NCBI GenBank assembly: GCA_009781185.1
Contig: WQYP01000001.1
Location: 20,102-84,101 of the forward strand
Direction: 5' to 3'
Source of the DNA: Phycisphaerales bacterium
Lineage (GTDB): Bacteria > Planctomycetota > Phycisphaerae > WQYP01
DNA: 64,000 nucleotides
In this document: in pieces, positions 38,821 through 47,862 of the stretch
Numbering within the stretch: position 1 is the stretch's first letter
Layout of the letters: every line of letters begins with the position of its first letter
The notes under the pieces: model-generated
The model's database searches: none
Told to the model about the DNA's origin: nothing
Seen by the model: only the letters and a program-made list of their open reading frames with translations
Made by a program: the position numbers and the translations under genes

Positions 38821-39011
38821 GCTTCCATCGGCAGCCCCATGTCCTCGCTCAAACTCGCGATCTCATACGTGATCCGCAGCGTTGGCTCCCAGAGGGAGGC
38901 CACCTGCAACTAGCTCATACGCGACGCCTTGAGAAGGCCAGGGCGTGACAGTCTCCAAAACGCGGCTGATACCGCAGATTCACGGGGCGTCACCGATGCC
39001 CTGATGGATGC
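38821..39011 (-). ncRNA. Bridge RNA (target- and donor-binding loops)
   Basis: Two stem/internal-loop/hairpin units with guides GTGAATCT and TTTTGGAGACT (target), AGCTAGT and TATGAGAT (donor), matching the junction sequences. Confidence 0.8.
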
Positions 39012-39021
39012 TCCGAAAACG

Positions 39022-39426
39022 TTAATTGGTCTTGACGGTAAATGCGTTGACAAGCTGCTCGATGCCGACGCACTGGGCGGTGAAGTCCGGTGCGTCGTGA
39101 TTCACGGGCAGCAATTGATAAAAGCCGTTGGGACTCGTGACGCTGTAAGGATCGAAGAGCAGCAGGCCGAGTTCGACGAGCCGATCTCTCGCAACAGTGA
39201 AGGCTTGTGCATCAAGTCCGAGCAGATCGCTGATGCGCTCTTGCCTGTAGAACGACACACCGTTTTTATCCGCCGCCAGCGTGAGGAACAGATAAAGACT
39301 CTGCTCCTGCGTGGTCATCACGGCGAGAAAACCGTTGCGGAGCAAACGATGGTCGATCCAGGCAAACGATCCCTGAATGCGTCTGAGACGCTTGGGATCA
39401 GGAACGTGGTAAGGCGTTTTGGGCAT
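39022..39426 (-). CDS. Winged-HTH protein (replication-initiator N-terminal-like) inside the IS110 element
   Basis: GGAG RBS; SFAWIDHRLL, LYLFL...AD..GVSFY...I..LL.L....F..AR..LVELGLL. Confidence 0.75.
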   Translation of the reverse strand: MPKTPYHVPDPKRLRRIQGSFAWIDHRLLRNGFLAVMTTQEQSLYLFLTLAADKNGVSFYRQERISDLLGLDAQAFTVARDRLVELGLLLFDPYSVTSPNGFYQLLPVNHDAPDFTAQCVGIEQLVNAFTVKTN

Positions 39427-39748
39427 GACGAGTTCTCCATGCGACCGGTTCCGGCGGCTGCTTTTACAAAAAGTTTTCAGCCGCTGATTCTGTCGGTCAA
39501 TGGACCCACCCGTCGCTCCCCTCCACGCGACAACTTGAGAAAAACGAGAAGAAAAAAGAGATTTTTGCAGAAAAAGTAGAGTCATTGCAATTCCTGAGGA
39601 GTATTCGCGCCGCCGCGCCAAGTAGAAGTTGAAGAAAATTCAATTGCTACAAAGCACTGTGCGAGAAGTAGATAAAGAAGAAACCGCAGTCCCGAAGGAC
39701 TGCACTAACCTAAGTCCTAACGGACTGCAATATATGAGATTCATAACG

Positions 39749-39982
39749 GTGAGCAATGTCCCAACAGCCTCCCCTGCCCCCGCATCCGCAAAGGTGGCAA
39801 ATCCCGCTGCGCTCACGGCGGCGCAGTTGGCGAGGGCGCTGGGGATCGCGGAGGAGCGGGTTCATCGGCTCGTGGCGGATGGTGCGCCGGCGGCGGCGAA
39901 CGGGACGATTCATCTGGTGCATTTTGCGGCGTGGCTCAATCGGAGACTGAAGGAGCGGGAAGGAGGGGGCGATGGCGATTGA
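39749..39982 (+). CDS. Small HTH protein preceding the terminase (small-terminase-like)
   Basis: GTG start; NPAALTAAQLARALGI...DGAP...GTIHLVHFAAWL; overlaps the terminase start. Confidence 0.6.
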   Translation: MSNVPTASPAPASAKVANPAALTAAQLARALGIAEERVHRLVADGAPAAANGTIHLVHFAAWLNRRLKEREGGGDGD

Positions 39983-42257
39983 TCCGGCGAAAATTTCGCA
40001 GAGCGAGTTGTTGCAGTTGATTAACGGGACGCCGCAGGGAACGGTGTTGACGCGGTCGCGGCTGCGCAGGCAGATGGATGCGGGGGGGATTAAGTTTGGC
40101 GACGGTACGCATATGCATCTGGTGCGGTACGTTCGCTGGCTCGTGGAGCAGCTTGAGCGACCGCTTCCGGTAAGAACGGACTACGCGGAAGCAAAGAAGA
40201 GGCAGGCGTTGCGGAATCGCAGCGCGACGAAGGCGGCGCAGGATATTTATCCGGTTCCGCAGATTGAGAGTTACACACGCCGAAAGGAATGCGGGGAATC
40301 GTTCCGGGCGTTTTGTGAGACGTATTTTGCGTCGGCGTTCCACAGGAATTGGTCGGACGATCATTTGCGGGTGATCAGCCGAATCGAAAAGGCGGTGAAA
40401 GAAGGCGGGCTGTTTGCTTTCGCTATGCCGCGTGGCAGCGGGAAGACGACGCTTGCGCGTTGCTCGGCGCTGTGGGCGGTGCTGTATGGCTACAGGCCGT
40501 TTGTGTGTTTGATCGGGGCGGCGGATGATCGGGCGAAGGAACTTTTGATTCCGATCAAGAAGCACATGCTGGAAAATCCGCTGCTGCTGGCGGATTTTCC
40601 GGAGGCGGTTCATCCACTGCGGGAGTTGGAGAATAGCTCGAAGCGGCAGCTTCAACAGCACATCGAAGGGCGTTTGACGCATGTTCACTGGGGACAGGAA
40701 AAACTGGTCTTCCCGACTATTGAAGGGGATCACTTGCCGTCGGCGCTGCGGGAGGATGGTTACGATGTGAGCCCGTCTTGCGGCTCAATCATCACCACCA
40801 CCAGCTTGGACGCCAATATGCGCGGGCAGCAGCATACCCGTGCGGATGGTTCGATTATTCGTCCGTCGCTGGTTTTGTTGGACGATCCGCAGACACGGCA
40901 ATCGGCGGCGTCACCGACGCAGACGAAGCGCCGGATGGAACTGCTCAACGGTGATGTGCTGGGCATGGCCGGTCCCGGTGAGCAGATCGCGGCGGTGCTG
41001 ACCTGCACGAAAATCTACGACAACGACCTTGCCGACCAGGTGCTCGACCGCCAGAAGAACGCCGAGTGGGACAGTGAGTGTACGAAGCTGGTGTATGCGT
41101 TCCCGAACGATGAGAAGCTGTGGGCCGAGTATCGTCACATTCGGGAGCGGCAGGGACATGCAGCGGCGACGGCGTTCTATCGGGAGCGTCAAGCGGAGAT
41201 GGATGCCGGGGCACGGGTCGCTTGGGCCGAGCGGTACGATCACAAAACGGAGGCGTCGGCGGTTCAGCATGCGATGAATTTGAAGTTCAAGGTCGGTGCG
41301 GAGGCGTTTGCCAGTGAGTATCAGAACGAGCCGGTGATGGAACAGGTCAACGACGAGTTGCTCACGCCGGAGCAGGTCTGCGCGAAGGTGAATGGCTACG
41401 AACGCGGCGTGGTTCCGGCGGCTTGCACGAAGCTCACCATGTTTATCGACGTACACGACCGGCTGCTATTCTACTGCGTCTGCGGCTGGCAGGAGGATTT
41501 CACGGGCTACGTGGTCGATTATGGAACTTTCCCACAGCAGAATCGGTCGGGGTTTACGTTGGCCAACGCGCAGCAGACGTTGGGGCGGACGTTTCCGGGG
41601 AAAGGTAGCGACGGTGCGATCCACGCCGGACTCGAAAAACTCGTCTCCACCTACCTTGCTCGGAATTGGCAGCGCGGTGAAGGACTGATGAAGATCGACC
41701 GGGTGCTCGTGGACATGGGGTACAAGCCCGGCATCGTCGCGGACGTGAAGCGTAAGGTGGGGGGGGGTGGAGGGGGGGGGGCGATGATGGCTTCAAAGGG
41801 ACTGGGTATTCGTGCCAGCCGCAAACCGCTGTCGTCATATTCGCGGCATCCCGGCGAAATTCACGGGCATTACTGGTACGTGCCCAATGTGCGGAAGACG
41901 GGGGAGTTTCCGCATGTGCTGGTGGATGTGAATTATTGGAAAACCTTTGTTCACGCGGCGATTGGGACGGCGGCGGGGGATCGGGGGTGTTTGAGTCTCT
42001 TCGGTTCCGACGGGCGTGAGCATGAAATTTTCGCCGAGCACGTCGCTCATTCGGAGACGTGGGTGGAGACGATGGGGATGGGGCGGGTGGTTCATGAATG
42101 GATGGCGAGGCCGACGCGACCAGACAATCACTGGTTCGACTGCTTGGTGGGTTGCAGCGTGGCGGCGTCGCTGTGTGGTGTGAAAGTACCCGGCGAAAGT
42201 GCCGCCGCCCGTACACGTAAACGTTATTCGACGGCTGATTTACGGAGGAACAGTTGA
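39972..42257 (+). CDS. Terminase large subunit (GpA-like)
   Basis: AMPRGSGKTT Walker A, LLDDPQ Walker B, FASEYQNEP, MFIDV, DMGY, DNHWFDC. Confidence 0.9.
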   Translation: MAIDPAKISQSELLQLINGTPQGTVLTRSRLRRQMDAGGIKFGDGTHMHLVRYVRWLVEQLERPLPVRTDYAEAKKRQALRNRSATKAAQDIYPVPQIESYTRRKECGESFRAFCETYFASAFHRNWSDDHLRVISRIEKAVKEGGLFAFAMPRGSGKTTLARCSALWAVLYGYRPFVCLIGAADDRAKELLIPIKKHMLENPLLLADFPEAVHPLRELENSSKRQLQQHIEGRLTHVHWGQEKLVFPTIEGDHLPSALREDGYDVSPSCGSIITTTSLDANMRGQQHTRADGSIIRPSLVLLDDPQTRQSAASPTQTKRRMELLNGDVLGMAGPGEQIAAVLTCTKIYDNDLADQVLDRQKNAEWDSECTKLVYAFPNDEKLWAEYRHIRERQGHAAATAFYRERQAEMDAGARVAWAERYDHKTEASAVQHAMNLKFKVGAEAFASEYQNEPVMEQVNDELLTPEQVCAKVNGYERGVVPAACTKLTMFIDVHDRLLFYCVCGWQEDFTGYVVDYGTFPQQNRSGFTLANAQQTLGRTFPGKGSDGAIHAGLEKLVSTYLARNWQRGEGLMKIDRVLVDMGYKPGIVADVKRKVGGGGGGGAMMASKGLGIRASRKPLSSYSRHPGEIHGHYWYVPNVRKTGEFPHVLVDVNYWKTFVHAAIGTAAGDRGCLSLFGSDGREHEIFAEHVAHSETWVETMGMGRVVHEWMARPTRPDNHWFDCLVGCSVAASLCGVKVPGESAAARTRKRYSTADLRRNS

Positions 42258-42490
42258 TGTCGTTGCTTCCGAACAATACGCGCAAGGTTTGGCCGTCGCT
42301 GCCGGAGGAGGGTGAAGAAAATCGCGGAATGGAATGCCGCAAATGTGGGTGTCGACATCTCATCGTGTATTGCACACGCCAGTCCGTCCGGATGATCGTT
42401 CGCTACCGCCGATGCCGATATTGCGGACAGACGATGACTACTTGCGAACGTCCGGTTTCATCGGAATACAATTCTGTGGGTATAACATGA
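42257..42490 (+). CDS. Small Zn-finger protein (Ogr/Delta-like)
   Basis: CRKCGC...TR.....RYRRCRYCG...TTCE. Confidence 0.7.
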   Translation: MSLLPNNTRKVWPSLPEEGEENRGMECRKCGCRHLIVYCTRQSVRMIVRYRRCRYCGQTMTTCERPVSSEYNSVGIT

Positions 42491-42504
42491 GTGGGAGGTG
42501 ATTT

Positions 42505-42894
42505 ATGACAGCCAGAAACCGTTACGGACTTCTTGCGATTCTTCTCATGGGGGGGCTGCTGATCGCATCCTACTGGTGCCGCGATGGTAGCGTTCCGACG
42601 ATCTCGCCCGAAGAAGCTCGCCAGCGTTTGGCCACGAGCAATGCTATTCTGGTTGATGTTCGGACTCCGCAGGAGTTTTCGCAGGCTCATGCGGAGGGGA
42701 CGGTCAATGTACCGTTGGCGAATATTGAAGCGAATTCTTTTGACGAGGAGCTTTTCAAAAATCGCGAACTGCTTCTGATTTGTCGCAGCGGCAGGCGAAG
42801 CGCACGGGCTGCCGAGTTGCTGCATGCTCGTGGTTACACCGTCTTCAACGTCCGTGGCGGCATGCAAAAATGGAACGCCAACCCCGGTAGTTAG
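42505..42894 (+). CDS. Rhodanese-domain protein with N-terminal TM/signal (moron)
   Basis: LVDVRTPQEF..AH..G, ICRSGRRS..AA, GGM..W. Confidence 0.88.
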   Translation: MTARNRYGLLAILLMGGLLIASYWCRDGSVPTISPEEARQRLATSNAILVDVRTPQEFSQAHAEGTVNVPLANIEANSFDEELFKNRELLLICRSGRRSARAAELLHARGYTVFNVRGGMQKWNANPGS

Positions 42895-43062
42895 ACGCTC
42901 GCCCAACTTCCATCGTCTCCGTTTTTTTGTCGTATTGATTCATTTCCATAATTAACTTTTGTACTACATATGGTACTTTTCTGACTTTTTTTCAGAAATC
43001 TTTCCATTTTCACAGAAGGTTTTCCGCTCGCGCCGGTAAGTAGTCAGGGAAAGGACCGCGCG

Positions 43063-43260
43063 ATGCACGAAGACTTGAAAGACATCATCAAAACCAATTT
43101 GTCCGGACCCCGTCGGGCGAAGGGGGACAGCGCGGAGGTCGAACAGCATTCACTGAAGGATTTGATCGAAGCAGACAAATATCTCGCGGCGAAGGAAGCG
43201 ATGAAAGACCCGTCCAAGGGTTTTAAACGAGTCAAGATTGTTCCCCCTGGCACAGTGTAA
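43063..43260 (+). CDS. Small head-tail/gpW-like protein
   Basis: Position before the portal; GP.RA.GD...VEQHSL.DLI.ADKYL...KIVPPG. Confidence 0.6.
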   Translation: MHEDLKDIIKTNLSGPRRAKGDSAEVEQHSLKDLIEADKYLAAKEAMKDPSKGFKRVKIVPPGTV

Positions 43261-43282
43261 GACAGACGGATAGGTGCAGTGC

Positions 43283-44758
43283 ATGGGTTTCTGGCCCTGG
43301 ACAAAAACCAAGCAGGTCAAGGCGGCGATCAAGCAATCGCTGTTTGTGCGCGGGCGATACGACGCCGCGCAGACCACGCCGGACAACCGCAAGCATTGGG
43401 CGGCGGCGGATGGGCTTTCGCCGAATGCCGCGAATCAGCCCAATGTTCGCAGGGTGCTGCGGAACAGGGCTCGCTATGAAGTCGCTAACAATTCTTACGC
43501 TCGCGGGATCGTACTGACGCTTGCCAATGACACCATCGGGACCGGGCCGTGCCTGCATATGCTCACCGAGGACAGTGACGTCAATACGCTGGTTGAAGAT
43601 GCTTTTGAGCAGTGGGCCGAGGCGATTAACCTGGCTGATAAGCTGCGAACGATGCGGATGGCCCGTGCGGAGTCTGGCGAGTGTTTTATTCTGCTGGTGG
43701 CCAACCCGTCGGTCGATTCGCCGGTGAAGCTCGATTTGCGTTTGATTGAAGCGGATCAGGTTGCCACGCCATCGCAAACGGCGTCCAAAGTACAACTCGA
43801 TAACATCACCGACGGGATCGTTTACGACAAATACGGCAACCCCATCCAATATCACATCCTCAAGAATCATCCCGGTGAACGTGGGATAGGAGGGGAAACG
43901 GGGGGGGGCAAGAGCGATCCGGTTCCGGCGGCTTCGATGATCCACTATTACCGTGCGGATCGACCGGGGCAGAACCGGGGCATTCCGGACATTACGCCGT
44001 CGCTGCCGTTGTTCGCGCAGTTGCGACGTTACACGCTGGCGGTGATCGCTTCCGCTGAGAGCGTGGCGAACATTTCGATCCTCATGAAAACCAATGCGCC
44101 GGCGGGTGGAGAAGCCGCTGAGGTCGAACCCATGACGGAGATGGAGTTCGTTCCGAACATGGCGGTCTTTACGCCGGAGGGATGGGAACCGTCGCAGTTG
44201 AAAGCCGAGCAGCCCGCTACGACTTACGATATGTTCAAGCGGGAAATCCTCAACGAGATCGCGCGTTGCCTGAATATGCCGTTCAACGTGGCGGCGGGGA
44301 ATTCATCGGGCTACAACTACGCTTCGGGACGGTTGGATCATCAGACCTACTACAAATCCATTCGCGTCGATCAGGAACAAATCGGGCGTGTGGTACTCAA
44401 TCACATTCTGCGGGTCTGGATCGAGGAAGCGATTCTGATTCCGGACTTCCTGCCATCGTCGTTGAAGAGCACACCGTTCAGCGAGATTGATCATCAATGG
44501 TTCTGGGATGGGCAGGAGCACGTCGATCCGAACAAAGAGGCGAATGCTCAGGCTACTCGCCTGCAAAACAACACCACAACGCTTGCATACGAATACGCCC
44601 GTCAGGGGCGGGACTGGGAAGACGAGCTTCGCCAACGGGCGAAGGAAGTGGCGTTGATGAATGAACTCGGTTTGACCGCGGCGCAAATCGCGCCGTCATC
44701 TGCAAAACCTAAAACGGAGACGAACGATGAACAAAATTCCTCAAAACGAGCAGCTTGA
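43283..44758 (+). CDS. Portal protein (lambda family)
   Basis: LRNRARYEVANNSYA.G, LRLIEADQ, DRPGQ.RGIP, NYASGRLD, VDP.KEA.A. Confidence 0.92.
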   Translation: MGFWPWTKTKQVKAAIKQSLFVRGRYDAAQTTPDNRKHWAAADGLSPNAANQPNVRRVLRNRARYEVANNSYARGIVLTLANDTIGTGPCLHMLTEDSDVNTLVEDAFEQWAEAINLADKLRTMRMARAESGECFILLVANPSVDSPVKLDLRLIEADQVATPSQTASKVQLDNITDGIVYDKYGNPIQYHILKNHPGERGIGGETGGGKSDPVPAASMIHYYRADRPGQNRGIPDITPSLPLFAQLRRYTLAVIASAESVANISILMKTNAPAGGEAAEVEPMTEMEFVPNMAVFTPEGWEPSQLKAEQPATTYDMFKREILNEIARCLNMPFNVAAGNSSGYNYASGRLDHQTYYKSIRVDQEQIGRVVLNHILRVWIEEAILIPDFLPSSLKSTPFSEIDHQWFWDGQEHVDPNKEANAQATRLQNNTTTLAYEYARQGRDWEDELRQRAKEVALMNELGLTAAQIAPSSAKPKTETNDEQNSSKRAA

Positions 44759-46769
44759 AGCGGGACCGTTGACGTTGACAGCGAGCTTTCAGATTGAGGC
44801 TGCGGCCCCAGGCGTGGAAGCTGGTGGTGCGACGCAAGGGGGGGGGCTGCCGAAGTTTCGGATGGTTGCTTATACCGGCGGACAGATGCGACTGGCTGGT
44901 TGGCGACAGCCGGTGATTGTGGATCTGGCGGGCTTAACTATTCCCAATCAGAACCGACCCATTCGCTTCGGTCATGATGCAGCCGCCGGCGTCGGACACA
45001 CCGATGCGATCCGTGTTGAAAACGGACAGCTTATTGCGACGGGTGTGGTGTCGCGAGATACGGTGGCGGCGAGGGAGATTGTGATTTCGGGCAAGAACGG
45101 ATTCCCGTGGCAGGCATCCATCGGCGCGAGCGTCGAGGAATTCGAGTTTATCAAAGACGGCCAGAAAGTCAGTGTGAATGGACGGTCGTTCGATGGTCCC
45201 GTGAATGTCGTGCGTAAAGCGACGCTCGGTGAGATCAGTTTTGTGGATCTGGGCGCAGACGGCAACACCTCCGCGAAGGTTGCCGCGAATCGCCCACAGC
45301 AGGAGACCAATGAAATGCACAATGCGCAAGCAACCGTCACCGCAACCGATCCTGCTCCAGCTTCGGCGATCCAGGCGGCTCCCACGTCGATGACGGCGGA
45401 CATTCGTGCGGAGGCTCTTGCTGAAACCAACCGCATCGCCGCCATCCGTAGGCATTGTGCGCCGTCCGCTCCAGGGGGACGACATTTTGCGGACATCGAA
45501 GCACAAGCGATTCGTGAGGGATGGGACGCCACGAAAACCGAATTGGAAGTTCTGCGAGCCAGTCGACCACCCGCTCCGCTGCCCGGTGCTGTTCAGGCTG
45601 CTCCGCATGGATTTTCCATCGCTGCTCCTGGACCGGTGACGCACGATGTGCTCGCGGCGGCGTGTCTGCTGTCGGCGGGGATCAGCAAGCCCGAAGAGCA
45701 CTACACCGAGCAGACGCTGGAGGCGGCACAGAAGCGGTTCCGGCACGGGATCGGGCTGCAGGCGTTGCTCCTGGAAGCGGCGATGGCCAACGGTTATACC
45801 GGCCACAGTTTTCGGTCCGATTCGCACACGATTATGCGAATGGCTTTCGCATCGCGTGATCAGGTGCAGGCGGGGTGGAGCACCATCGACATCGGTGGCA
45901 TTTTGTCGAATGTTTCCAATAAGTTTCTGCTCGAAGGATTTTTCAGCGTCGAACGTGTGTGGCGGAATATCTGCGCCATCCGTAGCGTCAACGATTTCAA
46001 AACCGTGACTTCGTATCGGTTGATCGGCAAGGATCAATACGAACTCGTCGCGCCCGGCGGTGAAATCAAGCACGGGACGCTCGGAAATGAAGTCTACACC
46101 AACAAGGCCGACACCTACGGCCTCATGCTCACCATCGACCGACGTGACATCATCAACGACGACCTCGGAGCGATCACCACCATCCCCCGTAAGTCCGGAC
46201 GCGGCAGTGGTCTCAAGATTAACGATGTGTTCTGGACCGTCTTCCTGAACAACGCGATGTTCTTCTCTGTCACGAATAAAAATCTGCTGACCGGACCGGA
46301 CACGATTTTGAATATCGACGGGCTGACCAAAGCGGAAGTGGCCTTCATGGAGCAGACTGACTCCGATGGCAAACCCATCGGTCTGATGCCGTCGATCATG
46401 CTGGTGCCCACGGCATTGAGCGCAATCGGCACGCAGCTCTACAAGAGCCTCGAACTCCGCGACACCACCGCCAACAGCAAATATCCCATCGCCAACCCGC
46501 ACCAGGGCAAGTACCGCGTGGAAGTCTCGCGCTATCTGTCCAACGCACTCTACAAAGGCAATGCGAGCAGCAAGGCGTGGTATCTGATGGCTGATCCCAA
46601 CGATCTACCGCTGATCGAGGTCGCGTTTTTGAACGGCCAGGAAAGTCCAACCATTGAATCGGCGGAAGCTGATTTCAATTACCTCGGCGTGAAGATGAGG
46701 GGGTTCCACGACTTCGGCGTCAACTTGCAAGACCCGCGGGCCGGGATTCGGAGCAAGGGAGAAGCGTAA
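44727..46769 (+). CDS. Prohead protease/major capsid fusion protein
   Basis: AYTGG, WQASIGA, EISFVDLGAD (protease); V.DFK, YG....I.R..IINDDLGA, FLNGQE.P, DFG (Mu gpT-like capsid). Confidence 0.88.
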   Translation: MNKIPQNEQLEAGPLTLTASFQIEAAAPGVEAGGATQGGGLPKFRMVAYTGGQMRLAGWRQPVIVDLAGLTIPNQNRPIRFGHDAAAGVGHTDAIRVENGQLIATGVVSRDTVAAREIVISGKNGFPWQASIGASVEEFEFIKDGQKVSVNGRSFDGPVNVVRKATLGEISFVDLGADGNTSAKVAANRPQQETNEMHNAQATVTATDPAPASAIQAAPTSMTADIRAEALAETNRIAAIRRHCAPSAPGGRHFADIEAQAIREGWDATKTELEVLRASRPPAPLPGAVQAAPHGFSIAAPGPVTHDVLAAACLLSAGISKPEEHYTEQTLEAAQKRFRHGIGLQALLLEAAMANGYTGHSFRSDSHTIMRMAFASRDQVQAGWSTIDIGGILSNVSNKFLLEGFFSVERVWRNICAIRSVNDFKTVTSYRLIGKDQYELVAPGGEIKHGTLGNEVYTNKADTYGLMLTIDRRDIINDDLGAITTIPRKSGRGSGLKINDVFWTVFLNNAMFFSVTNKNLLTGPDTILNIDGLTKAEVAFMEQTDSDGKPIGLMPSIMLVPTALSAIGTQLYKSLELRDTTANSKYPIANPHQGKYRVEVSRYLSNALYKGNASSKAWYLMADPNDLPLIEVAFLNGQESPTIESAEADFNYLGVKMRGFHDFGVNLQDPRAGIRSKGEA

Positions 46770-46882
46770 TGGAAAGAGGTGAAGCTGTAGACCTCAGGCA
46801 GTGGGCACTGCGGTCTATGGCCCTCCCCGTTTCCTTCAGCTTTCAGTTTTCAATCAACAAACTAACACTTTGAGGAGTTCTC

Positions 46883-47212
46883 ATGGCGATTTTTGTTCAG
46901 AACGGTGACAACATTGATTACACCCCAAGCGTGGATGTTCCCGCTGGGGCGGTGATTGTGCAGGGGGAATTGATCGGCGTGACCAAACGCCCAATTCCAG
47001 CCAATACGCAAGGTAGTCTTGCGGTCGAAGGGGTGTTTGAGTTTCCGAAGGCGACGGCTGCCGGTAGCGCGATTGCCGTAGGCGTCAATGTGTATTGGAA
47101 TGCGACGGCGCAACAGGCCACGGTCACCGCCAGCGGTAACAAACTGATTGGCAAAACCATCAAAGCGGCGACGGATACCGACGCCACGGTGTTTGCACGA
47201 TTGAGTCAGTGA
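46883..47212 (+). CDS. DUF2190-like capsid decoration protein
   Basis: FVQNG..IDYTP, G.LAVEGVFEFPK, G.NVYW; follows the capsid gene. Confidence 0.85.
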   Translation: MAIFVQNGDNIDYTPSVDVPAGAVIVQGELIGVTKRPIPANTQGSLAVEGVFEFPKATAAGSAIAVGVNVYWNATAQQATVTASGNKLIGKTIKAATDTDATVFARLSQ

Positions 47213-47222
47213 GGAGACAGAT

Positions 47223-47609
47223 ATGGCTGATCTCCTGCAGAAAGGCATGGCCTGGCTGGAAGACCAACGGACGAAGTTCATGACTCAGTCCGTGGTCTAC
47301 CAGCGGGGGGAGGATTCGGTGGAAGTGCCCGCGACTATCGGCACCACGACTTTCAACATCGACGATGGCGGTGGTGCTTTGCTGCGGATCGAAAGTCGGG
47401 ATTACCTGATTCTCGCGGCGGATTTAGTGATCGGTGAAACGCCGATCCTGCCGAAGCGTGGTGATCGCATTCGGGAGACCAGTGGTACACAGGTGTTTGT
47501 CTACGAAGTCGTCGGCCCCGGTGATGAACCCTGCTGGCGATGGAGCGATGGATACCGGCAGACGTTGAGAATTCATACGAAGCAAACGGATATGGAGGTA
47601 GCCTCATGA
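47223..47609 (+). CDS. Head-tail joining protein
   Basis: Gene order; RDYLILAADL, PKRGDRI, LRIHTK. Confidence 0.65.
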   Translation: MADLLQKGMAWLEDQRTKFMTQSVVYQRGEDSVEVPATIGTTTFNIDDGGGALLRIESRDYLILAADLVIGETPILPKRGDRIRETSGTQVFVYEVVGPGDEPCWRWSDGYRQTLRIHTKQTDMEVAS

Positions 47610-47860
47610 CGCCAAACAACTGTCAAGACGGTCAATACGAACGAATCTGTCGTCCGGAATTTTTAAGTCTACACAGCAAGCTCGACCGGCTAGATGACGC
47701 AATCAGGGGGAACGGAAAACCGGGGATCAATTTGCGATTGGAGCTTCTGGAAGCCGCCGCCGCTTCCCGTCGCAGACTTACGTGGATCGTTATTGGTGCG
47801 TTCGTGAGCGCCGGCGCTTCGGCGGTCATGCAACTGGTTCAGTTCATCGGGAGACAGTGA
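47606..47860 (+). CDS. Small protein with C-terminal TM helix
   Basis: KLDRLDDAIRGNGKPGINLRL then LTWIVIGAFVSAG; ATGA coupling. Confidence 0.6.
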   Translation: MTPNNCQDGQYERICRPEFLSLHSKLDRLDDAIRGNGKPGINLRLELLEAAAASRRRLTWIVIGAFVSAGASAVMQLVQFIGRQ

Positions 47861-47862
47861 GC

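Larger units (their letters stand above)
37496..39738 (-). mobile_element. IS110-family bridge-recombinase element with an accessory wHTH gene
   Basis: CT core (AG on +) at 37496-37497 and 39737-39738; joining the ends gives TTGACT-N17-TATATT; guide matches in the internal ncRNA. Confidence 0.88.

Noticed and set aside
39629-39748. Upstream extension of the small-terminase-like ORF
   Set aside because: Most of it lies inside the IS110 left end. The native gene likely starts at GTG 39749.
23446-42894. PP-loop protein plus rhodanese as a phosphorothioation (Dnd-like) system
   Set aside because: The genes are about 18 kb apart, the rhodanese appears exported or anchored, and no cysteine desulfurase or DndD/E is present.
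44934-46502. 522-aa minus-strand ORF (and similar ones at 7898-9382 and 62296-63681)
   Set aside because: They are antisense shadows of well-supported + strand genes in high-GC DNA.
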